From Polyangiaceae bacterium (GTDB taxonomy: Bacteria > Myxococcota_A > Polyangia > Polyangiales > Polyangiaceae): DNA of 58,638 nucleotides. The translations under genes and the position numbers were made by a program. Below, piece by piece: positions 1 through 9,670 of this stretch. Every line of letters begins with the position of its first letter. The stretch's first letter is position 1. Location of the stretch: the NCBI GenBank assembly GCA_050287085.1, contig JBNKBE010000022.1, positions 1 to 58,638 on the forward strand. The letters run 5' to 3'. The notes beneath the pieces are model-generated. The model worked only from the letters and a program-made list of their open reading frames with translations. It had not been told where the DNA came from and searched no databases.

Positions 1-15
1 AACCCCCACAACGAC

Positions 16-573
16 GTGCCGAGAGCCACTCCGCAGCAATCTGCGACGGCGGCTGCCGCCTCCCCAACCGGGAGTGTCCCGGCGCCTCCGTCATCGATGA
101 ACGCCGTCGGCGCTCACGCGGGCGACACCGAGAGCTGCTTGCCTGAGGTTGCCCATCGCCCGGCGCCGGGCGCCTTCGCTACCGCGCTGGCGGGCACTGA
201 CATTCCCCGCGTAGATAAGCTGCGGGTTTCAGCACACTCAAGTAGCGTGATTCTACGCAAAGAGGGCGATCAGTGGCGACTGATTGGCAAACGCGGTTGT
301 GTTGTGGAGCAACAGCGCGTCTCCCAGGCGCTGGGCAACCTTACACGTCTGAGCGCAAAGAAGATGAGCGGAGCTCTTCCGAGTGGAACACGGTTTGAGC
401 GGCAAATCGAGGTTCTGATGGACGACAAACCCGCCCTCCATCTTGAAGTGGTAGAGGGGAACGGAAGCGAGGACATGGTCAGCCTCTTTGACGGATCGGT
501 ATACGAACTCCGCGGCCTCGATCACGAATTGTGGTCAACCGAGGCTGACGCATGGTGTGGCACCCGCCGCTGA
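16..573 (+). CDS. Hypothetical exported protein, DUF4340-like domain; probably 5'-truncated by the window edge
   Basis: Pro/Ala-rich linker, then VDKLRV..SVILRKEGDQWRL..VEQQRVSQALGNL, resembling DUF4340; no clear start or signal peptide inside the window. Confidence 0.5.
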   Translation: MPRATPQQSATAAAASPTGSVPAPPSSMNAVGAHAGDTESCLPEVAHRPAPGAFATALAGTDIPRVDKLRVSAHSSSVILRKEGDQWRLIGKRGCVVEQQRVSQALGNLTRLSAKKMSGALPSGTRFERQIEVLMDDKPALHLEVVEGNGSEDMVSLFDGSVYELRGLDHELWSTEADAWCGTRR

Positions 574-726
574 ACAGGCTCCTCCCCACTCTCCTCGAAA
601 GAAGCCTCTTCCGCGGCTCCGCACGTGTGATCTCGCGGCGCTCTTTGTCCGTTGGGACCAAATCGAGCGTTAGGCTTCACCGCTCCTGACCACATCCAAT
701 CGGACGTGGTCAGGAGCTGGGCTGCT

Positions 727-1800
727 CTACAGCCCGAGCACCCACTGCAGTCCAGCGAAGAGATGCGCCTCGCCCACAATGGGATCCGAGTAGTCGACAT
801 CCTCTTTTGCCATATTGGTGAAGAATACGCGCCCCGGCCCCTCGCTTCTGGTCCAGGAAACGGCGACGTTCATGCCGTTACCCCAAGTGCAGCGAACGAG
901 AATCTCGCTGTCGTCGGCGATGTAGTTGGTGCCATCAAGGTTGCCGTTGTAGTCGAACGTGTCAGGCAGTCCCGCAGCGGCAGGGTGCTCAGCCTCACGG
1001 GTGCAAGAGCTGGTGCCTTCAAAGTTCTGACTGCTTGCGCGGCCCCCGATGAGCTCATTGTAGAGGTGCGGTGGGTTCATGTTCTGAAAGGTGACGTCGG
1101 CACAATGAGTCCCGAACAGGCCACCCCCGTCCTGGAGAAAGCGCTGCAAAGCTTCCGCCTCTGACTGCCCTGATGCGTTGGCGCCAAACGGACTGAAGCA
1201 GGTGTTGATCATGCCGACTGCCGCGTACTTGGCAAGGCTCTCATCGCTGAACACCGCCGGATCTACCGATGTGTCCACTTCATACCCCCACTCACCGAGC
1301 TTCGCGGACAAGAGCGTCAGCTGCCTCGGCACCGAGTTGATATTCAGTGTGCTGAACGAATAGAGCAGGACACGTGCTGGACGCATATTGGGACCGCCGC
1401 CCATATCGTCGTCCGCCATGTCCCCATCCCCGCCAGCGCCGGCCAGCCCGGCCGCGCCCGCGCCGCCCTGGGCAGTATTTCCCGCTGCGCCGCCCGTTGC
1501 CGCACCTCCGGCTCCGGCGGAGCCGGAGGTGCCACCCCCCCCGGCTACCTCATTGCCGACGCCGCCTGCGCCCGACTGCGCGCTCCCTCCGCCCGCGCCG
1601 GCCACCATGGCGTTGTCGTCCGGTGGTTGAGCTGAGCCACCACTGCCGCCGCCTGCTTGAGGTCCGTTGCCTGCCTCGGCCCCGGAAGCCCCGCCGCCAG
1701 GCCCCGGTAGGCCAGGGGCCGGCGAACCACTCGATTCGCAAGCGCTGATCGCCAGCGCCGCAAGCATTGCCATCCAGCTCGTAATCATCGGTCGTGCCAT
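727..1800 (-). CDS. ThuA-like (trehalose utilisation, GATase-like fold) lipoprotein
   Basis: Lipobox LAISAC, Gly-rich linker, then ALQRFLQDGGGLFGTHCA and VSWTRSEGPGRVFFTNMAK, typical of ThuA domains. Confidence 0.8.
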   Translation of the reverse strand: MARPMITSWMAMLAALAISACESSGSPAPGLPGPGGGASGAEAGNGPQAGGGSGGSAQPPDDNAMVAGAGGGSAQSGAGGVGNEVAGGGGTSGSAGAGGAATGGAAGNTAQGGAGAAGLAGAGGDGDMADDDMGGGPNMRPARVLLYSFSTLNINSVPRQLTLLSAKLGEWGYEVDTSVDPAVFSDESLAKYAAVGMINTCFSPFGANASGQSEAEALQRFLQDGGGLFGTHCADVTFQNMNPPHLYNELIGGRASSQNFEGTSSCTREAEHPAAAGLPDTFDYNGNLDGTNYIADDSEILVRCTWGNGMNVAVSWTRSEGPGRVFFTNMAKEDVDYSDPIVGEAHLFAGLQWVLGL

Positions 1801-1988
1801 GCAGTTCTTCCTGTTGCCCTTCGAGTCTTCCGCCGCCTCAGCGCCCTTGTGGTGATCAGAGCGCGAGGCGATTGCCCGCGTCGACCACTCCTCGGCTCCG
1901 GCCCATTGCCGAAGCCGAAATGGTCACCCAGACTCGCCAAGCGGCGGCGGAATCCGTCTTTTATTACGTTACGGCCCTCGCCCGCAAC

Positions 1989-2600
1989 TCAGGCATCAAG
2001 GAACATGCTCGGTTCGCCGGTGAGCTCGGAATGCGCCCTGGCAAAACGCTTGCGCGCACTATGCAGACGGGAATAGACGGTTCCGACTGGAATACCCAGT
2101 TCCTCAGCGACCCCGACGCAAGACTTCCCCTCTAGGCAGACCTGAAACAAGACGGTACGTGATGTATCGTCAAGCTGCTCCAGCAACAATCGAATCTGTT
2201 CGAGACCTTCGGCAGCGACGGCCGCCTGCAGAGGGCTTAGGCCGCCGCTGATCGCCATATCCAACGCCGTGTCATCGCTGGTCTCGTAGTAGCGCCCAAC
2301 TTTGCGGCGCGCCGTGCTCCACACCCGAAAGGCGATAGCCGCAAGCCAGGTGCCGGGCTTTGCCTCTAGCTCAGTGAATCCACCCCGATGATGCGCGACC
2401 AGGAAGACATCCTGAACCAGGTCCTGGATCTCCTGCCTGGGAGCACCGAGCTTGGTCAAGAATATCGCAACGAAGGGGGCATAGGCAGCGAAGAGCTCCC
2501 GGGCATCGTGATGCCGCGGCGCCTCGGGTGCAGGTGCGGAAACCGAGGTCAGTCTCGGTTTTGCACATACCTTCGGCGCAGCCCAAACCGATGAACCCAT
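1989..2600 (-). CDS. ECF-type sigma-70 factor (start uncertain, 2600 or 2645)
   Basis: Region 2 DLVQDVFLVAH..TWLAAIAFR; region 4 VAEELGIPVGTVYSRLHSARKRF. Confidence 0.9.
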   Translation of the reverse strand: MGSSVWAAPKVCAKPRLTSVSAPAPEAPRHHDARELFAAYAPFVAIFLTKLGAPRQEIQDLVQDVFLVAHHRGGFTELEAKPGTWLAAIAFRVWSTARRKVGRYYETSDDTALDMAISGGLSPLQAAVAAEGLEQIRLLLEQLDDTSRTVLFQVCLEGKSCVGVAEELGIPVGTVYSRLHSARKRFARAHSELTGEPSMFLDA

Positions 2601-3035
2601 CGGCGGCGGCCCGAGACGCTCACTGCGTGCTTGGACTAGCTCCACTGGTCATCTCCGTTGTTGTGCCTCGAATCCACTCAACAACCTTAGAAGCATCTTG
2701 TGCTGGCCAGTAGAGGAGAGAAATCTCCCCGCCCCAGCGCGTTGGTCAGAGTTAGAAAAGTTTGTGTTGAGCAAAATGTGAGCACTTGCCCCACGAAGAT
2801 GCAGATTTGGAGATCGAATCTCTAACATCGGAATCGGTCCAGTGCCGGGACGGACGGCGCTCCAGTGCAAAGCGCTTCACTACGAAACGCGCGCCGCCGC
2901 CTAATCGCACTTCCGTAGGTGCCAACAGACCAGGGAGGTAGCGGAACGGACTCGGGATGCTCGACACTGCACACGCGACAGATCAGACTCAAATACCCGG
3001 AGGCACGGCCGCTTGTTGACGTCTCCATCAGACCG

Positions 3036-4880
3036 ATGCGAACACACCTTTCCCCCTATGCCGCTCTGATTGCTGCGCTCCTGCTTCTTCTTCCGAGCTG
3101 CGTGAGCAAACTGGAAGATGTGCTGCCCTTGCGGCGCTCAGCAAGCGCTGGCACCGACAACCGCGGCGATAGCGGGACAGAGGCCTCAACCCCTCCCGAC
3201 ACGGGTTCACACACCAATCTGTGCGCCGACAAGAAGAAAAACGGGAAGGAAACGGACGTCGACTGCGGCGGTCTCGATTGCAAGCCGTGTGAGTTGGAGC
3301 GTTCCTGCGCTCGCAACAGCGACTGCCTCAGCGAGGTATGTGCCGGGAGCTGCGTGCCGGCTGCCTGCGCCAACGAGAAGCAGGACGGGGCCGAGACGGA
3401 CAACGACTGCGGCGGCCCCTGCGCAGCGTGCGGCCCGGGTCAGCGCTGCAACGTCGACTCCGACTGCAGCGAAGGCGGCTGCGGGGTCGACAAGCGGTGT
3501 GGAAACGTGGACTGCTCGGACACCACCGAAGGCGCCCTGGCTCACTGCGGCGAGACATCAGCCTGCGGCCCATGCGGCGACGGCCAAGCATGCGAGAAGC
3601 CGGCCGACTGTGAGAGCAACACCTGCATCTCGAACTCCTGCCGGCCGAGTCACTGCACGAACAACAAGAAAGACGAAGCCGAGACTGACGTGGACTGCGG
3701 CGGCGATTGCGGCGCACAGTGTAACGTCGGCCAGACGTGCCAAGAAAACGATGACTGCGCTGAACGCGCCTGTCTGACAAGCAGTACAGGCGCGCGCGTC
3801 TGTCACCCCGGCACTTGCCGCAACAATTCGCTCGACGGCGACGAAACAGACGTCGACTGCGGCGGAGGTTGTGGCCTCTGTCCCGACGGCAACGCTTGCT
3901 CGCAACACAGCGACTGCCAGAGCAATAGCTGCAGCGAGACGTGCCAAAAAGCTACCTGCGACGACGCTCGTCTCAACCAAGACGAAGCCGACGTCGATTG
4001 CGGCGGAGGCTGCCAGCCGTGTGAACCGGGCGCCGCCTGCGCCGAGGCGAGCGACTGCGGCAGCGATCGCTGCGAAGAGGAGCGCTGCCGCGCAAACGCC
4101 GCGGACGAGGCATGCCTTGCGCCCGGTGAATGCCGCAGCCTGCTGTGCGACATGACCTGCCAGCTTGGGGGGACCCAATCTTACTGCGAAGCCGACGATG
4201 ATTGTCTCGGTGGTGCCTGTAGCGCAGAGAACCGCTGTGAACCCTCAGCCCTCGACGGACCCTGCCGCGACCATGCCGACTGCGAAACTCAAACCTGTCT
4301 TAGCGGCGCTTGTCAGCCCGGCGAGATCGGTGCTCCGTGTAGCGAAGCAACGGACTGCGCGTCGAGCCACTGCGTGCAAGGCGCTTGCGCTGACTTGGAC
4401 CTTGCTGTCACCTCTGATGGAGTAGATGAATCGGATCTGCTCCTTGTGCACTTTCGCATCGCGCGGGGCGCAGTTGCCGTCAACTGGGAGGAGCTAGCCG
4501 TACTGTTCTTCTTCACGCCCGAAGTCCGCACGAATCTGGGAACCGTCTATGAATCCGATCCAGATTCCAGCCAATTGTGCGTCGACCTGGGCAACGACCA
4601 ATGGGCCTACGTCTGGCGCAACTCGAAAACCGGACCGGTACTGACGTCACTGACCTACTACTACTCACAGGTGAATGATGCGTCTTGGGCGCCCATGGTC
4701 AACGCCAACGACTTCTCCTATGTGGCAGACGAAGGAGCCAATCCCAACATCGGCATCTGTCGCCTGGTTAACGGTCATTGGCGCCACGTGCAAGGAAACA
4801 TTCCCCCAATGGTCGTTGACCCATGTAGTCAGGTGGAGCCAGACTGCTCAATGGTCACTTGTGACGACCCCGGAGAATAG
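3036..4880 (+). CDS. Cys-rich repeat lipoprotein (ETDVDCGG repeats) with a C-terminal CBM3-like domain
   Basis: ATG 3036 MRTHLSP with lipobox-like LLLLPSC; five E(T/A)DxDCGG units; C-terminal HFRI..WEELAVLFFFT..VNDASWAPMVNANDFSY resembles CBM3. Confidence 0.75.
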   Translation: MRTHLSPYAALIAALLLLLPSCVSKLEDVLPLRRSASAGTDNRGDSGTEASTPPDTGSHTNLCADKKKNGKETDVDCGGLDCKPCELERSCARNSDCLSEVCAGSCVPAACANEKQDGAETDNDCGGPCAACGPGQRCNVDSDCSEGGCGVDKRCGNVDCSDTTEGALAHCGETSACGPCGDGQACEKPADCESNTCISNSCRPSHCTNNKKDEAETDVDCGGDCGAQCNVGQTCQENDDCAERACLTSSTGARVCHPGTCRNNSLDGDETDVDCGGGCGLCPDGNACSQHSDCQSNSCSETCQKATCDDARLNQDEADVDCGGGCQPCEPGAACAEASDCGSDRCEEERCRANAADEACLAPGECRSLLCDMTCQLGGTQSYCEADDDCLGGACSAENRCEPSALDGPCRDHADCETQTCLSGACQPGEIGAPCSEATDCASSHCVQGACADLDLAVTSDGVDESDLLLVHFRIARGAVAVNWEELAVLFFFTPEVRTNLGTVYESDPDSSQLCVDLGNDQWAYVWRNSKTGPVLTSLTYYYSQVNDASWAPMVNANDFSYVADEGANPNIGICRLVNGHWRHVQGNIPPMVVDPCSQVEPDCSMVTCDDPGE

Positions 4881-4971
4881 AGCGCCCGAGCAACGCCGGT
4901 AAAATTGCGCTACCGCATCGCGACGCTTGGCCTGTGCAACGGCCACCCGCCAGCGGCAGACAACGGCCCCG

Positions 4972-7872
4972 CTAAGGAACAACAATATCCTGCGCGCTAC
5001 CGTCGTAGCTCACGGTGACGCCCATGGCCTCCGTGTCCAGATCGAAGCCCACCGGATGCTCCGGGCTGACCTTGACGACGATGAAGGTCCTCGCGGCAAC
5101 CATCCCGGGATACGCACCGCGGCGCTCGGCGACATGCAGCGTGGACGCTGCGTCGTCCCACGCAAGCTCGATCTCCGAGAACTCGCCGCGTTCATAGCCA
5201 AATGTCAGACCATCGTCCTCATACAATGTGAAGCTGCCGTTCGCGCCCGCGTAGACCCAAAGCACAACCGGATCCGCGACGACTTCGTCCGTATACTGTA
5301 GCTCAGGACCCACAGGCACAATCGCTCCGGCCCGCATGAGCAGCGGAATCTGGTCGTAAGGCGCATCAACCTCAACCGACTGACCCCCGGCGATGGCAGC
5401 ACCCGTCCAAAAGTCGTAAAACCCGCCGGAAGCGCCTGGTACGACCACACTCCGACTGCGCGCCTCGTACTCCGTAACGGGGCAAACGAGAAACGCCGGA
5501 CCGAACATGTACTCATCCTTCACATCGTGCAGGGCGGGCTGGGAAGGAAAGTCCATCACGAGCGGGCGCATGATGGTGCCAGCGCGCTGCGTTACATCAC
5601 CCGCCAATGAATAGATGTAGGGCATCAGGCGGTAGCGCAGACGATCAAACTTCAGCTGCGCCGCATAGGTCGCCTCGGAGAAGTTGTACATCTCGCGCGG
5701 GCCCGTTCGGTCGTCTTGACCGTGCACTCGAAGCAGGGGCGTGAAGGCTCCGTACTGAAACCAGCGAACGTTCAGCTCCTCCCACTCGACCCCATCCCCA
5801 GGGAACTCCGGAAATTCGGCGAAACCACCGACATCCATCGTCCAGTACGGAATGCCTGACAACACGAAGTTCAGCCCAGCAGGAATCTGCTTACGAAGGG
5901 CTGTCCACGTAGTGGAAATGTCTCCCGACCAGCTTGCAGAAGCATAACGCTGCTGACCCGCGAAGGCGGAACGCGTGAGGATGAAGACGCGCTGATCGGG
6001 CGCCGCCTTCCTTTGTCCATCGTAGACGGCCGCGCTGTTGAGCAGAGAGAACGCGTTCAGCATACGTGAGCCGGAGCCCATCGCCGTCGGGTGCATGTGC
6101 GTCTGATACAGGTTGCGATGCTGCTCCGTAGACTCGTACGGACCCTCGACGACTTCGGGTTCCGTGCCGTCCATCCACCACGCATCGACGCCAAGGTCGA
6201 AGAGATCGCGCTTCATCTGGGACCAGAACATCTCCCGCGCCGGTGCACTGAAGGCATCATAGTACGACATCTGATACCCAGCGAAGTCGACAATGCCCTC
6301 TTCCGCATTGATCGCGTAGAGATGACCTGCTGCGTCCAACTCCTCGTAGCTGTCACTCCCCGCATGAAACTTGGGCCACACGCTGACCATGAGATGCGCG
6401 TTGTAGTCCGCGTGGATCTGATCCAGAAAGCCCTTGGGGTCCGGATAGCGCTCCAGGTCAAAGTCATGAGAGCCCCAGGTACCGGGTACCCAGTACTGCC
6501 AGTCTTGCACGATGCTATCGATCGGGATTTCGCGCGATCTGAAGTCTTCCAGAATAGCGAGGATTTCGGCGGAACTCTGGTAGCGCTCCCGGCACTGCCA
6601 GAAGCCGTGCACCCACTTGGGCATCATGGGGGCCTCGCCAGTAAGCCGCCGGTAGCCGGCAATCACCTCATCGAGCTCGGGCCCGTGGACAAAGGTGTAG
6701 TCGATACCATCAGCTACCTCAGACCACAGACGCGTATCGCTGTCCTTGGCTGGCGGCTTCACGCTCAAGGTGGCAATGTTGACGTCGATGTCCGGTGTGA
6801 AATCGAGACGCAACGCAACCGTCTGCCCCGCTGCCAGCGTCACCCTCGCGTAGTCGCGATCGGGCGCCCATCCTTGCCGCCAGTGATCAATCACGACCTC
6901 GTCGTCTACCGACAGCCGAATGGCGCCACTCGACCAGGTTTGAAATAGATACTCGCCCGCTTCAGCCGCCGTGAAGTCGCCCTGATACGCGCCTCCTTCA
7001 CTGATCGTCTGGAGCTCGGTCGTGTCGCCCCAGCGAGTCCAGGAAGCATTGTCCCACAACACGCCGTAGCCCTTGCTCGACACAAAGAAGGGAACGACAA
7101 TTTGCATATTGTACTGCACCAGGCTGAGCGGCGTGCCCTTGATATTCATCAAGTCTTGCTGGTGCTGACCCATTCCGTAGAGGGCCTCTGGTTGCTCTGC
7201 CCAACGTTGAGCTACACTGAAGACCTCTTCACCCTGAATTGTTCTGGGGGTCAGCGTGCGCTCAATCTCGCGAAGAAGCTCCGAGTCTCCAGCATCGAAG
7301 AAGGTGACGTTGCCCGACGCATGCTCGACCCGCACCTTCAGCCGAGACGTGAGGAGCGTGGTGCTCTCGTCTTCTTCGACGAGGCCCCAGGCCACGTCCG
7401 CCTCACAACGTTTGGGTTCGGTAGCGACCGTCGTGCGACCAAAGAACTGGGGATTGGATGAAAACTGAACGCGCACGATGCTCGGCGTGCAGATCTCCAG
7501 CGCCAGGGTGCCGTCTGAGAGCTCGACCGCCGGAACGGGCCCCGTGTGATCAAGCGCCTCGGGGTCGTTCATAGGGACCACACCAGTGCCAGCGCTGCCG
7601 CCCCCAACGCTCGCTCCGGCAGTCTCCGCAGCGCCCCCGCCAGCACCCTCTCCCGCACCGCCGCCGCCGCCCCCGGCGCCAGCATTCGACGCGCCGGCGA
7701 CAGTACCCCCAGCCCCAGCGCTGTCGGCGCCGCCGCCCCCAGGACCGGAACCTCCGGGCGAGCTCCCGGGAGGTCCCCCGCCGCCGTGCCCGTCACAACC
7801 TAGCGGACCCGCCGCCGCGAAGAGGGCACTAACGACCAGAACGCGCGCTGCAATCGGTGACGGCAAAGTCAT
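4972..7872 (-). CDS. GH31 glycoside hydrolase, likely alpha-xylosidase, with PA14 insertion; lipoprotein
   Basis: Nucleophile motif WWMDGTEPE, WSGDI, WTMDVGGF, IVQDWQYW; PA14-like IRLSVDDEVVIDHW; C-terminal FTLYEDDG. Confidence 0.92.
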   Translation of the reverse strand: MTLPSPIAARVLVVSALFAAAGPLGCDGHGGGGPPGSSPGGSGPGGGGADSAGAGGTVAGASNAGAGGGGGGAGEGAGGGAAETAGASVGGGSAGTGVVPMNDPEALDHTGPVPAVELSDGTLALEICTPSIVRVQFSSNPQFFGRTTVATEPKRCEADVAWGLVEEDESTTLLTSRLKVRVEHASGNVTFFDAGDSELLREIERTLTPRTIQGEEVFSVAQRWAEQPEALYGMGQHQQDLMNIKGTPLSLVQYNMQIVVPFFVSSKGYGVLWDNASWTRWGDTTELQTISEGGAYQGDFTAAEAGEYLFQTWSSGAIRLSVDDEVVIDHWRQGWAPDRDYARVTLAAGQTVALRLDFTPDIDVNIATLSVKPPAKDSDTRLWSEVADGIDYTFVHGPELDEVIAGYRRLTGEAPMMPKWVHGFWQCRERYQSSAEILAILEDFRSREIPIDSIVQDWQYWVPGTWGSHDFDLERYPDPKGFLDQIHADYNAHLMVSVWPKFHAGSDSYEELDAAGHLYAINAEEGIVDFAGYQMSYYDAFSAPAREMFWSQMKRDLFDLGVDAWWMDGTEPEVVEGPYESTEQHRNLYQTHMHPTAMGSGSRMLNAFSLLNSAAVYDGQRKAAPDQRVFILTRSAFAGQQRYASASWSGDISTTWTALRKQIPAGLNFVLSGIPYWTMDVGGFAEFPEFPGDGVEWEELNVRWFQYGAFTPLLRVHGQDDRTGPREMYNFSEATYAAQLKFDRLRYRLMPYIYSLAGDVTQRAGTIMRPLVMDFPSQPALHDVKDEYMFGPAFLVCPVTEYEARSRSVVVPGASGGFYDFWTGAAIAGGQSVEVDAPYDQIPLLMRAGAIVPVGPELQYTDEVVADPVVLWVYAGANGSFTLYEDDGLTFGYERGEFSEIELAWDDAASTLHVAERRGAYPGMVAARTFIVVKVSPEHPVGFDLDTEAMGVTVSYDGSAQDIVVP

Positions 7873-7997
7873 GCCGATCGGCTACGCTGGCGTCAGCGCC
7901 GCGTCAACGCCCTTTCTCGGGCAACTGCTCATCCGGGTCCAACACCCCTAGCAGAGCCTGGCCTCCGAAGAGGCCCCCGCCGCGGGGAGTCTGCGAC

Positions 7998-9593
7998 TCA
8001 GAACCAAATGTACGCGCGGCCGCGAATGCTGAACATATTGGTCTGCTCGTCCAGCCGCGTCCCGCTTGGGCCGTACTTGATGTCCGCATCCGCCAGCCCA
8101 AAGACCAACTTGAAGGTGGCGCGCTCAAGGATGTCATGCTGAATCGCCGCAAAGTATTGCGTATGGGCTTGCTGCTCGCATCCCTGACGATAGATCGGAC
8201 TTCCTGCGGCATCCGTTTCAGGGTTACCCGTTACCGGGTTGCGAACCGCGATCTGCCCGCAGTCTTGACTGATCCGATCGGTCTGGTTGAAACCGCCTCC
8301 GAGGACAAGCCCTTTGAGAGCTGGCGACAGCCAATCCAAGCGTGCGTTGAGGAAGCCACCATAGGTCGTGCGCTCCACGCTGCCCGTGAGACTGAAGACC
8401 CCCAAATCATCGTAGACGTCGGCGTAGCCCTGTGCGTACGAAGCGCCGAACTCCAGATACGGATAAAACACAAACTGCGCACCGCCACCAAAGCCCTCCC
8501 GCACTTCGTCCCGCTGCAACGTAGAAGTGGCTGCGTCCGTTTCCTGTCGCGACACAAAACCGACCCGCTCCCAGGCGGCCTTGAGCTTCAACCACTCAAA
8601 GTCCAAGATCGCAGCGGGACGTACTCCCCAGGGAATGAAACAGGACTGTCTAGGCTGAACGGCCCCCGTGGGATTGCCGTTCGCGTCGACTGGCCTCCGA
8701 AACTCCGACGTTGAAGGGCACCGTGTCGTGCGTTCGACATCAATGCCCACCAACGCTTCAAGCTCGAAGCGTAGGTAGTCGGTCGGATAGGCGTGAAGCG
8801 CAATCTGTCCGAGCGGACCCTGCCGATAGAAGGCGTGGTTGACCTCGTACATGTCCACGACCACGTTGCGGTCGTGATCGGCTGGCGTGGCGCCTTGATC
8901 TTCGAGCGTGTCGCGCTCGAGACCCATACCCTTGTGGTAGACCTCCCAAGCTTCGAAACGCCCAAATTGAATATCGAATAGGTCCCAGTAGCCAAACTTG
9001 ACCCAAGCGTCGTCAACATCAACCACCACCTGGTTGTTGGCGGCATCGGATAGCGCAAGGAACTCACCCTGAGCTTTGGCGAACCACTTGCCGTGCGTGT
9101 ACGTCGGCGTGGCGCGCAACATGAAGCGCCCCTGCTGGGTGAACTCCGACTCATTGCCGTCCGATTGCGTCGGCAAGTCGGTTTCCGTAGCGCGATACCC
9201 GGTGTCGATCCAGGTGTCGCCGCTCAGCATGAGCCCCGTGCGCCGATAGTCGCTCTGAAAGCCGTGGGCGTTGAAGAGCATCGACCCCTGCGGAATACCG
9301 GTCCGATGACCTCCGGTCCTTCCGAAGGTGTAGACCCGACCAAACGCAATCTCAGCGCTGCCGTAGGTGGATTTGCCCACGTTGGGATCAAAGTCTGTAA
9401 TGGGTCGCTTGCCACTGTCTGCCTCGGCAGCGGTTGTGCTGAGCGCTTCTTCTTCACCACTCTCGGCGGCTGCCGAGACCTCCGTGGCATTGGCGTCGAG
9501 GGAAGCTTCGCCGTCGGCAGAAGACTGCGCTACGGCTTCGCCGAGCGCAAACGTATACAGGGTCGCGATTGAAAGAGCGACAGATCGCTTCAT
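7998..9593 (-). CDS. Putative outer-membrane beta-barrel (porin-like) protein
   Basis: Sec signal MKRSVALSIATLYTFALGEAVAQ; VDDAWVKFG and IQFGRFEAW strand motifs; C-terminal aromatic beta-signal RAYIWF. Confidence 0.7.
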   Translation of the reverse strand: MKRSVALSIATLYTFALGEAVAQSSADGEASLDANATEVSAAAESGEEEALSTTAAEADSGKRPITDFDPNVGKSTYGSAEIAFGRVYTFGRTGGHRTGIPQGSMLFNAHGFQSDYRRTGLMLSGDTWIDTGYRATETDLPTQSDGNESEFTQQGRFMLRATPTYTHGKWFAKAQGEFLALSDAANNQVVVDVDDAWVKFGYWDLFDIQFGRFEAWEVYHKGMGLERDTLEDQGATPADHDRNVVVDMYEVNHAFYRQGPLGQIALHAYPTDYLRFELEALVGIDVERTTRCPSTSEFRRPVDANGNPTGAVQPRQSCFIPWGVRPAAILDFEWLKLKAAWERVGFVSRQETDAATSTLQRDEVREGFGGGAQFVFYPYLEFGASYAQGYADVYDDLGVFSLTGSVERTTYGGFLNARLDWLSPALKGLVLGGGFNQTDRISQDCGQIAVRNPVTGNPETDAAGSPIYRQGCEQQAHTQYFAAIQHDILERATFKLVFGLADADIKYGPSGTRLDEQTNMFSIRGRAYIWF

Positions 9594-9614
9594 CAAGGGT
9601 ACTCCGGGCTGAGT

Positions 9615-9652
9615 GAACGCGCGCTACGCCAGGAGCGTAGCCACGCGCGTTC
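9615..9652. terminator. Stem-loop between the GH3 and porin genes (terminator or mRNA-stabilising hairpin)
   Basis: GAACGCGCG/CGCGCGTTC outer stem and CTACGC/GCGTAG inner stem; no strong U-tract. Confidence 0.5.
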
Positions 9653-9670
9653 CTACCTCATTCTGTCTGA

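Noticed and set aside
1390..1730. Gly/Ala-rich stretches (also near 7600, 12000, 24250, 33250) as DNA repeats
   Set aside because: Ordinary low-complexity linkers after lipoprotein signal peptides in this lineage
1947..1975. GTAACG-N16-CCGCC upstream of the ThuA gene as a fourth ECF site
   Set aside because: Mismatches in both boxes and about 150 bp from the start; too weak
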